From Octopus bimaculoides (lineage: Eukaryota), in the NCBI RefSeq assembly GCF_001194135.2, contig NC_068999.1, positions 5,160,985-5,203,990 on the forward strand: a stretch of 43,006 nucleotides of DNA, written 5' to 3'. The translations under genes and the position numbers were made by a program. The notes beneath the pieces were generated by a model. It did no database searches and was not told the DNA's origin. It saw only the letters and a program-made list of their open reading frames with translations. Positions 12,170 to 24,388 of the stretch are shown piece after piece; position 1 is the stretch's first letter, and every line of letters begins with the position of its first letter.

Positions 12170-12946
12170 CAGGGGTTCTCAGTCGGAGTCCATATGGCTC
12201 CTGAGGGTCCATATAAGATCTTTGGGGGTCAATGTAACAAAATAGTAAATTAGGGATCTACAATAGTAGTTTTATAGACACTTCTTTCAAAATTCCCTAT
12301 TTTGTTTTCCACATATAAACTAGTTGATACTAGCCCATGCGATCTTGTCTGCAAACATGTGGGCAACATCGTCTGCAAACATGTGGGCAACATCGTCTGC
12401 AAACATGTGGGTGACCTTGTCTGCAAACATGTGGGCGACCTTGCCTGCACCCATGTGCGCCACGTTAAAATTAGGGGTTGATGAATTTATTTAATCGTTT
12501 AGTTTCCAAATGTCATATTTATGTATTCATATTGTTTTGAATTAATCATTTATTGTCTCATAGCTTTGAGATTTCGGTGATGCAACTATTTACTTTTAGA
12601 ATGACAATGTAGGGTAGGTATGAAAGGCTGGATCTGGTCAGTTTGAACATAAAACAAGTATTTTGGCCAGATATGAATGGTTTAAGTGCTAAAGAGTTTA
12701 AAGTCTCAGTCAGTGGAATGGGACTGAACCCGTAATCCTCGTGGTCCCTTCGGACACTCGGACACTCCTGAGATTAATGAGGTTTAATGTTTTTTTTTTT
12801 TACATTTGTAAGCTGCAGATGATAGGAAGGGAATTCTAGGAAGGAGGGCTGAATGATGTTATAGGAAGGCAAAAGACATTAAGGATCAGTGGTTTAGATA
12901 TGGTAGGGGTGGAGTGGGAGTCTTTGCACGATTTCTGAGAGGAGAG

Positions 12947-12977
<31 letters not shown>

Positions 12978-14143
12978 NNNNNNNNNNNNNNNNNNNNNNN
13001 NNNNNNNNNNNNNNNNNNNNNNNNNNNNNNNNNNNNNNNNNNNNNNNNNNNNNNNNNNNNNNNNNNNNNNNNNNNNNNNNNNNNNNNNNNNNNNNNNNNN
13101 NNNNNNNNNNNNNNNNNNNNNNNNNNNNNNNNNNNNNNNNNNNNNNNNNNNNNNNNNNNNNNNNNNNNNNNNNNNNNNNNNNNNNNNNNNNNNNNNNNNN
13201 NNNNNNNNNNNNNNNNNNNNNNNNNNNNNNNNNNNNNNNNNNNNNNNNNNNNNNNNNNNNNNNNNNNNNNNNNNNNNNNNNNNNNNNNNNNNNNNNNNNN
13301 NNNNNNNNNNNNNNNNNNNNNNNNNNNNNNNNNNNNNNNNNNNNNNNNNNNNNNNNNNNNNNNNNNNNNNNNNNNNNNNNNNNNNNNNNNNNNNNNNNNN
13401 NNNNNNNNNNNNNNNNNNNNNNNNNNNNNNNNNNNNNNNNNNNNNNNNNNNNNNNNNNNNNNNNNNNNNNNNNNNNNNNNNNNNNNNNNNNNNNNNNNNN
13501 NNNNNNNNNNNNNNNNNNNNNNNNNNNGTGTGTGTGTGTGTGTGTGTGTGCTTATGGCTGTATGTGTGTGTGTGTGTGTGTAGGTGTAGAGAAAAAGATG
13601 ATACAATAGAACAGGAATTTTGGCTCTTTAAAGAATCAGACATGACTTGGTGGTGGAGATGGTGGTGTTTGCAGTGGTATTAGCAATGGTAGTGGTGGTT
13701 GCTATTTAACCCCCAGGTCGACTGATTTGAGCAGGCCCATGACAAAAGGCATTATTGAGAGTTACATGTATTATTCAAACCAATTTGATTCAGATTCTGT
13801 TAGGGGCTTTGAAACTTGAAATAGCATGGAACCTGGATCAAACTGTTTTGAGTAACACACATACATATTAGGGGGCAGGTGCCATTGTTTTGTCTCGTCC
13901 AGTGTCTCAGGCCCTTGAGGGTCCACATAAGACCCTGATGTTAAAATTTAGGTGCATTAAATTGGTTATACTTCTACAATAAGCAAAATATTTTAACAAT
14001 TTTTAAAATACAATTCTTACTAATATTTAATTATAAAAATATAGTAGAATTTTTTTTAAACATTGCATGGCTATGAGGGGCCACCCAACTAATATAGTAC
14101 TCAAAGGGGTACATAGGTGAAACAAAATGGTTGAGAATCATTC
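12170..14143. mobile_element. Two partial copies of a hAT-like non-autonomous element (12170-12290 and ~13890-14143)
   Basis: Shared tgagggtcca(t/c)ataaga core. Ends caggggttctca (12170) and ggttgagaatca (14129) resemble hAT termini; the classification is tentative. Confidence 0.45.
12347..12460. repeat. 24-bp tandem repeat, ~4.7 copies
   Basis: gtctgcaaacatgtgggcaacatc x2, then gtctgcaaacatgtggg(t/c)gacctt x2, plus a partial copy; no unique spacers. Confidence 0.95.
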
Positions 14144-15288
14144 CAGTAAACGAACAGTTCTTCTGATAAAAGTTGTCTGATTTTCCTTCCTTTATTTCTG
14201 GTCTTTTGCTGTTATTTATGCCACAATTCTATCATTTTTTTTTTGTAGTTTATGTATTTTGATTTATATTTATTTATTTCTGTTGATTTCAGTTTTGGGT
14301 GAGTGATAAATGATGAGTGACAGTGATTGAATGGATCCGATTTTATTGGCCACCTTAAGCAAGCTTGAAAATATCCATACACACGTCAGTGTGTGTGTGT
14401 ACATATAATGTGTGTGTATTTGTGTCTACACACACTCACACATAGTTGTTTGGCAAAAGAGACCTATAGAATGAATATGAGGCTAGAGGAAAAAGTACCA
14501 GGTTTGATTCCTTCGACCAAAATGCATCAAGGCGGTGCCCCAGAATGGCCACAGTTTAATGACTGAAATGTATTTCAATAAAATTATTTTAAATTTTCAT
14601 GAAATACACAGATATACGAACATGTATGTAAATAAGTACATGTGTGTATAAATAGATATATACATCTGTGTGTATGCATGCGTGTATGTAGTAATGAAAA
14701 AGTATGTCAAATTCTATGTCTGTGGCTATATTCAGTCACAAAAAGATAAGAATTTAGTAATTCCATGATATTATCTAAGAGAATGTCGTGCCAGTTCTAG
14801 ACTTTTGGTGTTCAGTTATCAGTCTTCTCGGAATGACTCAAAGCAGATGAAGAGAATGGTAGAGAGGAAGCATGCAGTCAAAGACTAACTTTAGTTATGA
14901 AGATGGTTACCTCACACACACACACACAGTATTCAGTCACTCTCTCACCCCCATAACCCACCCCACACCACCCCGCCTCGGATGGACTGCCAACCAATAC
15001 AGGCTTTGTTTAAAGTTTGCCAAAGTTTTTTTTTTTTTGGTACCCTCCTACACAGGCAACACGCTCATTCACATACACACACACAGATTCACACACACAC
15101 ATATACACATGCATTCACACATATATATGTGCATGCAGTTCTATGCATACATAGATTTCATTATATACCACGCCATACATACATTTTATATACACTCTGA
15201 ATACTCACTACGGCATTACACAGATACTTCATACATCCCACTGTCCACCACACACACACACACCATATGACATACCACATACACATGC

Positions 15289-15321
<33 letters not shown>

Positions 15322-15934
15322 CACACACACACACATTTTTCATGTATCATGTCATACCACATCACACACACGCATACATGCTTATATTCATTACACACCA
15401 TACCACATGATCACACACATGCACACACCATTTTCTCTGTTACATCTTGTAAAAGTATATTTTTATCAGTTTGTGACCAGCTGTGTGTATGTGTGTGTGG
15501 GGAGGGCCAGCAGGGTGTGAGTATGTGTATGTATACATACGTATGCATGTCCATATGCATGTGTTTGTGTGTGTGTGTGAGTCTACCATTAATAGATCTG
15601 ATGAATTAGAATTAGACGTTGTGAGGAGGGAAGCGGTATTATTTTTGGATATTCTTGTTGTGATAACTTCACATGGTTCCGTTCTTTTGGTGAATGTTTG
15701 GCAATTTCTTTATTCCTGGCTCCACTACCGCAATTCCGTTTTCACCGCCTACGCACCACAAACGACCATTCTTACCTTAGCTATTTGATCAAACAAACTG
15801 AATGTTAATGGATTTATTTATTCCTGGATCTGATAACACAATTCCAATTTCACCATTTAAGGATTATATTTAAAGCTCAGTTCCACGGACATCATATGAG
15901 AAGAAAGGGCTTTGAGCTTTTGGTTATAAATGAT

Positions 15935-16080
15935 GCAAGCGTGGCTGTGTGGTAAGAAGTTTGTTTCCCAGCCACATAGTTTCAGGTTCAGTCCTGTTGT
16001 GTGGTACCTAAAGACAAATATCTTCTATAGCCCTGGGCTGACTAAAGTCTTACGAGTGAATTTGGTCAACGGAAACTGAA
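15935..16080 (+). mobile_element. SINE family A, 5' half
   Basis: gcgtggctgtgtggtaagaag...ggttcagtcc...ggaaactgaa. Confidence 0.75.
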
Positions 16081-17477
16081 TGCTAAAGGGTTAATATTAG
16101 AAATTTTAGGACTGTTAACCTCATTGGAGATGTATATACATCAGTGGCTTTGTGGATAAGAATACTGTACTTATAGCTTAGAACTGAGGGTTCCTAGTTC
16201 AAATCCAGCCTCATGCAATGTACATGAGACAATAAGTTACAGCCAGTGAGTTGGATGATTGAAACATAATATTGTAGAAGTATGATTCATTGTGAAAGAC
16301 GAGGATAATAATCTGAAATGTTGCGCTGAGGTTCAACACTTAAAATTTGAATTATGTACATGTTATTTTTAGGACTGTTAACCTCATCTTTGGAGACGTA
16401 CATACATAAGTGGCTTCCTGGATAAGAACATTGTACCTTTAAGGTAGCCATTTATGTATCATACTAAATGTATATACACTGCTTGATAGGCCAGTTAATG
16501 CAATATTTATTCTGAGATAATATTGTTTATGAACTTGCTGTGTTAAAACCACAAATATTAGAGGGAGACAAAAACTTGTCCCAACAGTGGGCAGTAAAAG
16601 CACCAGATACATTTCGGCCTTTTGGGGCCTTTTCAATGGAGAAAAAAAAACAATGAAACAATCACTGATGTTGCAAATAGTCATCTGGCTGAATAAAAAG
16701 TCAGAATATGCATTTGAGGCGGTATTTAATTGCATGTACAGGATTGTCCCTTTTAGTTTTGAACCAAAGTCTCTTAATTCGATTCCAGCTTAGTACAATG
16801 TCCAAATCTGAGAATTAAGACAGCTGACGATGATTGGTGAGTGGCATGATTGGAACGTAGTGTAGATATAATCATTGTAACGGAATGTTTCATTATGAAA
16901 AAGAGATGAGGTTAATAGTCTGGAAAGTTGGCATTATTAATCAGAAATCACGGCAGACATGTATTTCAGCTATCTTCCACTCCTCCAACCCCACCACGCC
17001 ACACACCGCAGACAACCATTCTTAGTTTAGCATTTGATTGAGTTAGTTAAGTGCTGATGGGAATATTTATTCTTGGCTCCAACACCCACAATTCCAGCTA
17101 TTTTCTGCTTCTCACGCAAAACCCATTCTCAGCTAAGTTAATCAAGTGGGAAAATAAATGGCAATGGTATCTGCAGAAGTCTGGCGATGGATAACCTGCG
17201 ATATATCGATTGCCAAATTATCCTGGCACCATCTTGTTTCCAATGTCAAGAATTTATGTATTTTTATCAGATGCTATAAATCATAGTGGGCATACATGTG
17301 TGTGTGCATCACTCTGTGTATGTGTGTGTGTGTCGATGACCGTTAATGTGTGCTATGTGTGTGGCTGGGGGGGAGGGTCACTTACTGTTTGTGTGTGTGT
17401 GTGTGTGTGTGCGCATTACTGTGTTTTGTGTGAGATTAGGTGTGTGTGTGTATTGGTGTATATGTTTATCTTTGAGT

Positions 17478-17865
17478 GGAGGCGCAATGTCCCAGTGGTT
17501 ATGGCAGCGGACTCACGGTCATAGGATCGCAGTTTCGATTCCCAGACCAGGCCTTGTGAGTGTTTATTGAGCGAAAACACCTAAAGCTCCACAAGGCTCT
17601 GGCAGGGGATGGTGGCGAACCCTGCTGTACTCTTTCACCACAACTTTCTCTCATTCTTTCTTCCTGTTTCTGTTGTGCCTGTAATTCAAAGGGTCAGCCT
17701 TGTCACACTTTGTGTCACGCTGAATCTCCTCCAAGAACTACGTTAAGGGTACACGTGTCTGTGGAGTGCTCAGCCACGTGCATGTCAATTTCACGAGCAG
17801 GCTGTTCCGTTGATGGGATCAACTGGAACCCTTGACGTCGTAAGCAATGGAGTGCCAACAACAAC
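17478..17865 (+). mobile_element. Full-length tRNA-derived SINE (family D) with target-site duplication
   Basis: Head with A-box-like TGTCCCAGTGGTTA and B-box-like GTTTCGATTCC; tail ...GGAGTGCC(AAC)n. 14-bp TSD gtttatctttg(a/t)gt at 17464-17477 and 17866-17879. Confidence 0.85.
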
Positions 17866-18796
17866 GTTTATCTTTGTGTATCTCCTGTGCAGATTCCAAA
17901 GTGAAATTTACTTTTTCGCCACCCTTTTGTTGAAATAAACTACTTTTGTTTCAGTTCATTTCAAAAATAACGAAGCTATTAAGCTGGTCTTTATAATATA
18001 AGAGAACGTGAAGTTTTGATGGAAGGTTTTTAACTTGGTTCATTTTATATAACATGGAAGTTTCTATCATATATATATATATATATAGTCACCATGTACC
18101 CTTTAGCACGTTATGGTATTTAGAGCAGGGTAGCAAGGGGAGGGAACTTGTGTCTTTTTTTTCTGTCAATGACAACGCCCCCCCCCTCCCTAACCACATT
18201 ACATATAGAAATTGTGTATTGAAAGTTTGTGTGTGTCTATAAACGTTTTTGTTGAAAATATCATGGNNNNNNNNNNNNNNNNNNNNNNNNNNNNNNNNNN
18301 NNNNNNNNNNNNNNNNNNNNNNNNNNNNNNNNNNNNNNNNNNNNNNNNNNNNNNNNNNNNNNNNNNNNNNNNNNNNNNNNNNNNNNNNNNNNNNNNNNNN
18401 NNNNNNNNNNNNNNNNNNNNNNGATCTCACTGCTTCTAATATATGCCACCCCCCACACACGGAAAATGAAACAAGTGGTCACTCAGCCCCCTCCTCATCC
18501 ATCCTACCTTATCAATATCAATGTATTTGTGATGCCTTCTGTGGTGGTGGTCGTGGTGGAGGATTGGCTGTTTAAAACAAACCCACCCTACCCTCACATA
18601 TATATATATCTACTTACATATATATATTACATGATTAGTACAAACACATATCTTTACACACAAGTGCGTACCTTTATATGGAAATATGTGTGCGTGCGTG
18701 CGTGCGTGCTTGTTTGTGTGTATGTTTGTATGTATGCATGTATAGCTGTGTTTGTATATAGTGCTTGCTGACATATATACATGTATATTGTGTGTG

Positions 18797-18842
<46 letters not shown>

Positions 18843-19140
18843 TTGAGAAATATAGTTAACAATCTGACAATCTATTACATTATAATATAATATAACCAAT
18901 TAAAAAAAAACAAATAAAACCAAGCAATGTTTAAGCACCTAAACTTAGCATATAAAATCTTGTTTCACTTATTTTACCGTGACCATGTTGGAGCACTGGC
19001 TTAAAAGGTTTTAGTCGAATCCATCACCTCCAGTACTTTTAAAGCCTGGCACTTAGTCACTCTCTTTTTCCAATCCACAAAAGTTATGGGACATAAAGAA
19101 ACCAGCACCAGTTGTCAGGCAATGTTAGCTACAAACAGAA

Positions 19141-19176
<36 letters not shown>

Positions 19177-19520
19177 CATGTGAGAAGTCAGTGTAGAAAA
19201 ACGTATTCATGGAACAAATATTTTGTGTATGTACTTATACATGTTATATATACACATGTTTGTGTGCACTTATGTGTGTATGTTTGTGTGTGTATGTATA
19301 TATATATATATATATATATCTATATCTACAAAAATAAGTGAATACATGTCTATACGCACATAATACAAATACACGGACTGATACATGTATGTATAGGAGG
19401 TCTGTGTACATAAAGAAATGGTGAGAAGTAGTTGTAGGCTTTGATTTGAGGAATAAAAGAGACCTTGTTGTCTATGTTATAGTGATGTACATTCCTGAAA
19501 TAGTTTTTATATATAAGGCA

Positions 19521-20010
19521 CAGGCATGGCTGTGTGGTAAGTAGCTTGTTTCTCAATCACATGATTCCAGGTTCAGTCCCACTGCATGGCACCTTGGACA
19601 AGTGTCTTCTACTTTAGCCTCAGGCCAACAAAAGCCTTGTGAATGAATTTGGTAGATGGAAACTGAAAGAAGCCCATCGTGTATGTAATAGGTCTGCCTG
19701 ACTGGCTCCCGTGCTGGTGGCACATAAAAAGCACCAGTCGAATATAGCTGATGCCAGTACCCCCAGACTGGCTCCCATGCCAGTGGCATATAAAAAGCAA
19801 CATCCAAATGTGACCGATGCCAGTACCCCCTGGCTGGCTCCTGTGCCGGTGGTACGTAAAAAGCACCCACTACACTCTTGGAGTGATTGGTGTTAGGACA
19901 GGCATCCAGCTGTAGAAACTTTGCCAGATCAGATTGGAACTTGTTGCAGCCGCTGGCTTTCCAGACCTCACTTAAACCGTCCAACCCATGCCAGCATGGA
20001 AAATGGACTT
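19521..20010 (+). mobile_element. Composite: SINE family A 5' half followed by a family C (LINE-tail-like) body with three internal modules
   Basis: Family A head at 19521-19680. It is followed by three ~65-nt modules (gccagt..gactggc..gtgc..gcac.taaaaagca) and the family C tail (aggacaggcatccagctgtagaaact...acccatgccagcatggaaa). Confidence 0.75.
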
Positions 20011-20520
20011 TAATCGATATATGCATATATTTATGACTGATGCCTTTGGCGTTATGTTGTGCTTGAGAAGAAGACCCACCTGGAGGCAAGGACTGTCAAC
20101 ATCACAAATTGCCCCTATCGCCCACACACATTGCCCCTGTCACCTGCACAGATCACCCCTGTCGTCCATATGCATGGCTCCTGTCACCCATGCGCATTGC
20201 CCCTGTCACCCTCATGTCCAGCCTGTCTCCCATTCTTCCCTTGTCACCTTCACATGTAGCTATTGTCTGTCTCATGTAGCGTGTGTCTCTCTCTCTGCCC
20301 TCCTCCCCCTTCTGTCTACTACCGTCTCTTTAACATTCATATTAGAGCAACCTCCTCTTACTGTTGTGTTTTCTGCCTGTTTCAGAATGTGTCCCTGAAC
20401 GACCAGGTCATTGAATCCATTAAAAGTAGACCACTGAGGTGTTGGTGGTCAATGAGGTCTTTGACACAAGTTGTGACTTGAAAAAAAAAAAAAAATCAAA
20501 CAAACGAATAACCCTTGCAG

Positions 20521-20681
20521 AACATCCAATCCACGCCCACCACCAGAGACAATGAATGTTAACTGCGAGGAGACACCATTTGTTTATGTTAACCAAGATG
20601 ACATTATCCACTTGACACAAGAAGTGAAGAATTTCTCTGATGCTTTGGCAAAGTTAAAGTGTGTCTTCACTGATGGAACTG
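20521..20681 (+). CDS. ARHGAP45: RhoGAP coding exon 1 (ATG at 20552; in-frame TSNPRPPPET upstream if the 20520 acceptor is coding)
   Basis: Acceptor cccttgcAG at 20520 (a stronger one, ttttctgcctgtttcAG, lies at 20385). Donor G|GTAAGT at 20682, phase 1. Encodes ...VNQDDIIHLTQEVKNFSDALAKLKCVF. The 5' boundary is uncertain. Confidence 0.82.
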
Positions 20682-23600
20682 GTAAGTAAATTGTTTCAAG
20701 CTAAATCTTAAAACTGTTCTTTGTCTAACCCAGAGCTTTTCATGTGGGAAAGTTCGCAACTGCCATCTGACAAGGTCACATTGAAGTTAATGTTGAAAAG
20801 GCAGAATTTCAAAAAAGAAAAATGTTTATTGTTTAAACCTATTGTTTTATTAAATATAATTTATTCATAAAAATCCTTAAAATGTTTTTTTAAATTTTTT
20901 TTTTTAAATAAGCAGTTACAGAATAAGCGCTCCCACTGTAGCTTATTTATTTCTTCATCTATTTCATAAAGTAATTACAAATTGATTAACATTTATAAGG
21001 ATGAGAGGGTAAAGAGAAAGCAAGAAAGAAGCAGAAAGGAAGCACAAGAGAGACGACTGAGAGAGAGGTAGAGAGAGAAAGCAGAGATAGACAGTGAAAG
21101 AGAGGTAGATAGAGAAAGCAGAGAGGCAAAGTGACAGAGAGGTAGAGAGAGAAAGCAGAGAAGCAAAGTGACAGAGGTAGAGAGAGAAAACAGAGAAGCA
21201 AAGTGAGAGAGAGGTAGAGAGAGAAAGCAGAGAGAGGCAGAGTGAGAAACTGAGAAAGCAAGTGAAGTGAAGACCATCTGTAATTATGAAACCCATGTGA
21301 CAAAAAATAAAACCCTAATGAGTTAACCTTAATGTGGCCTTTTCTGGTTTTAGTTTGTGGTGATGAGATCAAAGTCGCTGCCCATGAACAACTTGGGGAG
21401 GTTCTGTTTACACTACGGCAGGTACTAGAGAAGTATTTTGCCCTTCAGTCAGAAGATCTTTTTGAAACAGCTGGTAACCTCATCAATAAAATAAAAAGTA
21501 AGTGTTGTATCATCATCATCATCATCATCATCATCATCGATATCGTCATCACCGACATCATCATTGACATTGTCATCGACGTCACAAACATCACACACGC
21601 GCACACTGGCACTCTATCAGTTATAACAATGAGAGTTCCAGCTGATCCAATCAACCGAACAACCTGCTCATGAAATGAATATGCAAGTGGTTGAGTGTTC
21701 CACAGACAGGTGTACCCTTAAGATTCACAGTGATACAGAATGTGAAAAAAGCTGGTCCTTTTAAAATACAAGTACAACTCATTTATGCCAGCTGAGAGGA
21801 TTGGAACGACATGAAATAAAGTGTCTTGCTTAAGGAGATAATGTGCCACCAGGGATTGAACTCACAGCCTTATGATTGTGAGCCGAATACCCCTAACCAC
21901 ATTCCTTTACTCTCATACATACAACAGGCTTCTTTCAGCTTATCAAAATCATTGTCATGGACGATGCCAGTACCCCCTGACTGGCTCTTGTGCCAGTGGC
22001 ACGTAAAAAGCACCATTCAGATGAGGCCTTAAAAAAAATAGAAGCACTAGAGTTGATTTGTTTCACTAAATTTTTTTCAAGGTGGTGCCCCAGAATGGCC
22101 ACAGTCTAATGAATAAAACAAGTAAAAGTCAAAAGAGAATTGTGTATGCTGAATTTTGTTTCAAGATTTGTTTCCATTTCTTTCTCTTCCATTATTCAAA
22201 TTTATTTTTCATATCCTTAATTAAAAGCATTTTTTTTATGCATTAAATTTCATCATATAGGTTATTGTTTTTTAAAAAATTTTTTTTAAAAACTTTGTTT
22301 TACCATTTATTTCCAGATTACAATTATGAAAGCAGCATTAGTTCTGGTGGCACTCAGAGTTTCTGTGACTGCATTGATAAACTGGCATTGGCTTTTAGCA
22401 GCAGGTGAGCTCATTTCCTTGTTGCAACAACAACCAAATATTTATTCCATCCAACACAACCTCCTACATTTTGTTATTAAATATAAACACAATGAACTAA
22501 ACACATTGTATAATATTGTATCATATGTAGTAGGGATATAGTAGCATTGAAGCAATAATAATAATCAATATATATATATATTAAATGACAATAACAATCA
22601 TCATTGTTGTTTTAATAACCTTTTTCATGCTTTCATGGGACAGACAGAATTTGGCGAGGCATATTTTCTATGGCTGGATGCTCTTCATGTCACCAACTGA
22701 CACCTGTTTCTTAGCATTAACTATACTCAATCACATTATGGATAAGCCTAGTAGTTTTATAAACATACACACACACATCTTATTGTCTATCATATATCGG
22801 TTCAGAAGCATACATGAGGTAAATAGTTATCTCATTTGTCTATGTGCAATAATTTGATGCAGAAAAATATGATGATGTGTATGTGTGAGGAATAGGTACA
22901 AACAATAAGAACTCAAGGCAGGCAGAACAGAGAAGAAAAACAATGAATTACCCCTTCATTAGCTGTCTCGCTAAGGATACTTGCAGTTTTGACATCTCAG
23001 ACAGAACTGCATACCTTGGGAGCATTAATAACCATTGGATACTGTTGTTTGAGAATTGATACATTGGTGGCAAGATACAAAAGACAGGTAAAACTTTTCA
23101 GGTAAATTTCAGTGACTGAGATGGGTAGGGAACACAAGGGCAATAAAAAGGGGTATGGCTAACCCTAGCTACAAAGACAGTAAAACATGCTCACACATTG
23201 AATTATGGAGAGGGATATATTTTAGTTGGGTCTCTAATAATTTTGTTTGAAAGTGTTTGTGTGTATCATGCTTTAATGTCAATTTGTGTGTGTGTGTGTG
23301 TGCATGCACATAGAAACACATACGGATAGGTAATTTGAGATAAATAATTTATAGTTGCTGAAATACAGGTAGAAAGACATATAATATGGGTGTCTACAAT
23401 GATTTGTTGCCTATGTATGTATGTATGTATGTATGTATATATATATATATTGTATTTCAGGATGGTCTTTTTTTTTTCTTTTTCTTTTTTTTTTGCCAAA
23501 TGAGGATACGCACTATTTATTACTATTCTTATTTTATCTCTCGTCCATTCTGATCAGAATGGACTAAGCTGAGCAGTAGCACGCACGAGGACGGAAAGTG

Positions 23601-23711
23601 TCGCTGAAGAGGTCACAGATGTGTGATAAAAGATTTCCAGACAATGAACAGTAATGAATGGGCGAAGAAGGAATATATAGTGCGTGTACTTATATGGCAA
23701 AAGAAAAAAAA

Positions 23712-23777
<66 letters not shown>

Positions 23778-24352
23778 CCATCCCCAAATATTTGTCTCAA
23801 CACCTGGTTTCACATCAGGAATCCTGCAACACAAATTCACAAGCGTATTATATATATATGTATGTATGTATGTGTGTGTGTGTGTGTGTGCGCACACACA
23901 CTGAGAGATAGGTAGCTAGATAAATGTATAATTTGGTAGATAAATCTCTAGATAATAGTGTGAGAGACATGAAATGGGTTGATAGGTAAATGGATATCCT
24001 ATTCAATAGTCATCAATCAATATGAAAGCCGACATACAAAACATATGTAAATGTCAGTGTGTATATATATTTGAATGCCTACAATACTTTCATAGAAAAA
24101 TCTATTTCTAGTGAGATGGAAAGTGTCAACTTAACCGGTCGTTCTAGATTGTTCTTTTGAAAGGATTGATACTGGAATAACTCGGAGGAAGTGAAGTAAC
24201 TTAAAATTCTATTAAAATGTTGGCCAAAAGAAAAATAAACTAAACTTTATGAATAAGTTTTAACATTTAGATTTAATAGAATATGATTATAATAAGAGAG
24301 AGAAATTGTATACGCGTGTGTATTTATATATAAATAAATGTGTGTGAGTGTG

Positions 24353-24388
<36 letters not shown>

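Noticed and set aside
12347-12460. CRISPR-like array
   Set aside because: Head-to-tail tandem repeat without unique spacers, in eukaryotic DNA with no cas genes.
17478-17555. tRNA gene (also the heads of SINE families A, B and E)
   Set aside because: A- and B-box-like motifs are present, but each continues into a SINE body and I could not fold a complete cloverleaf.
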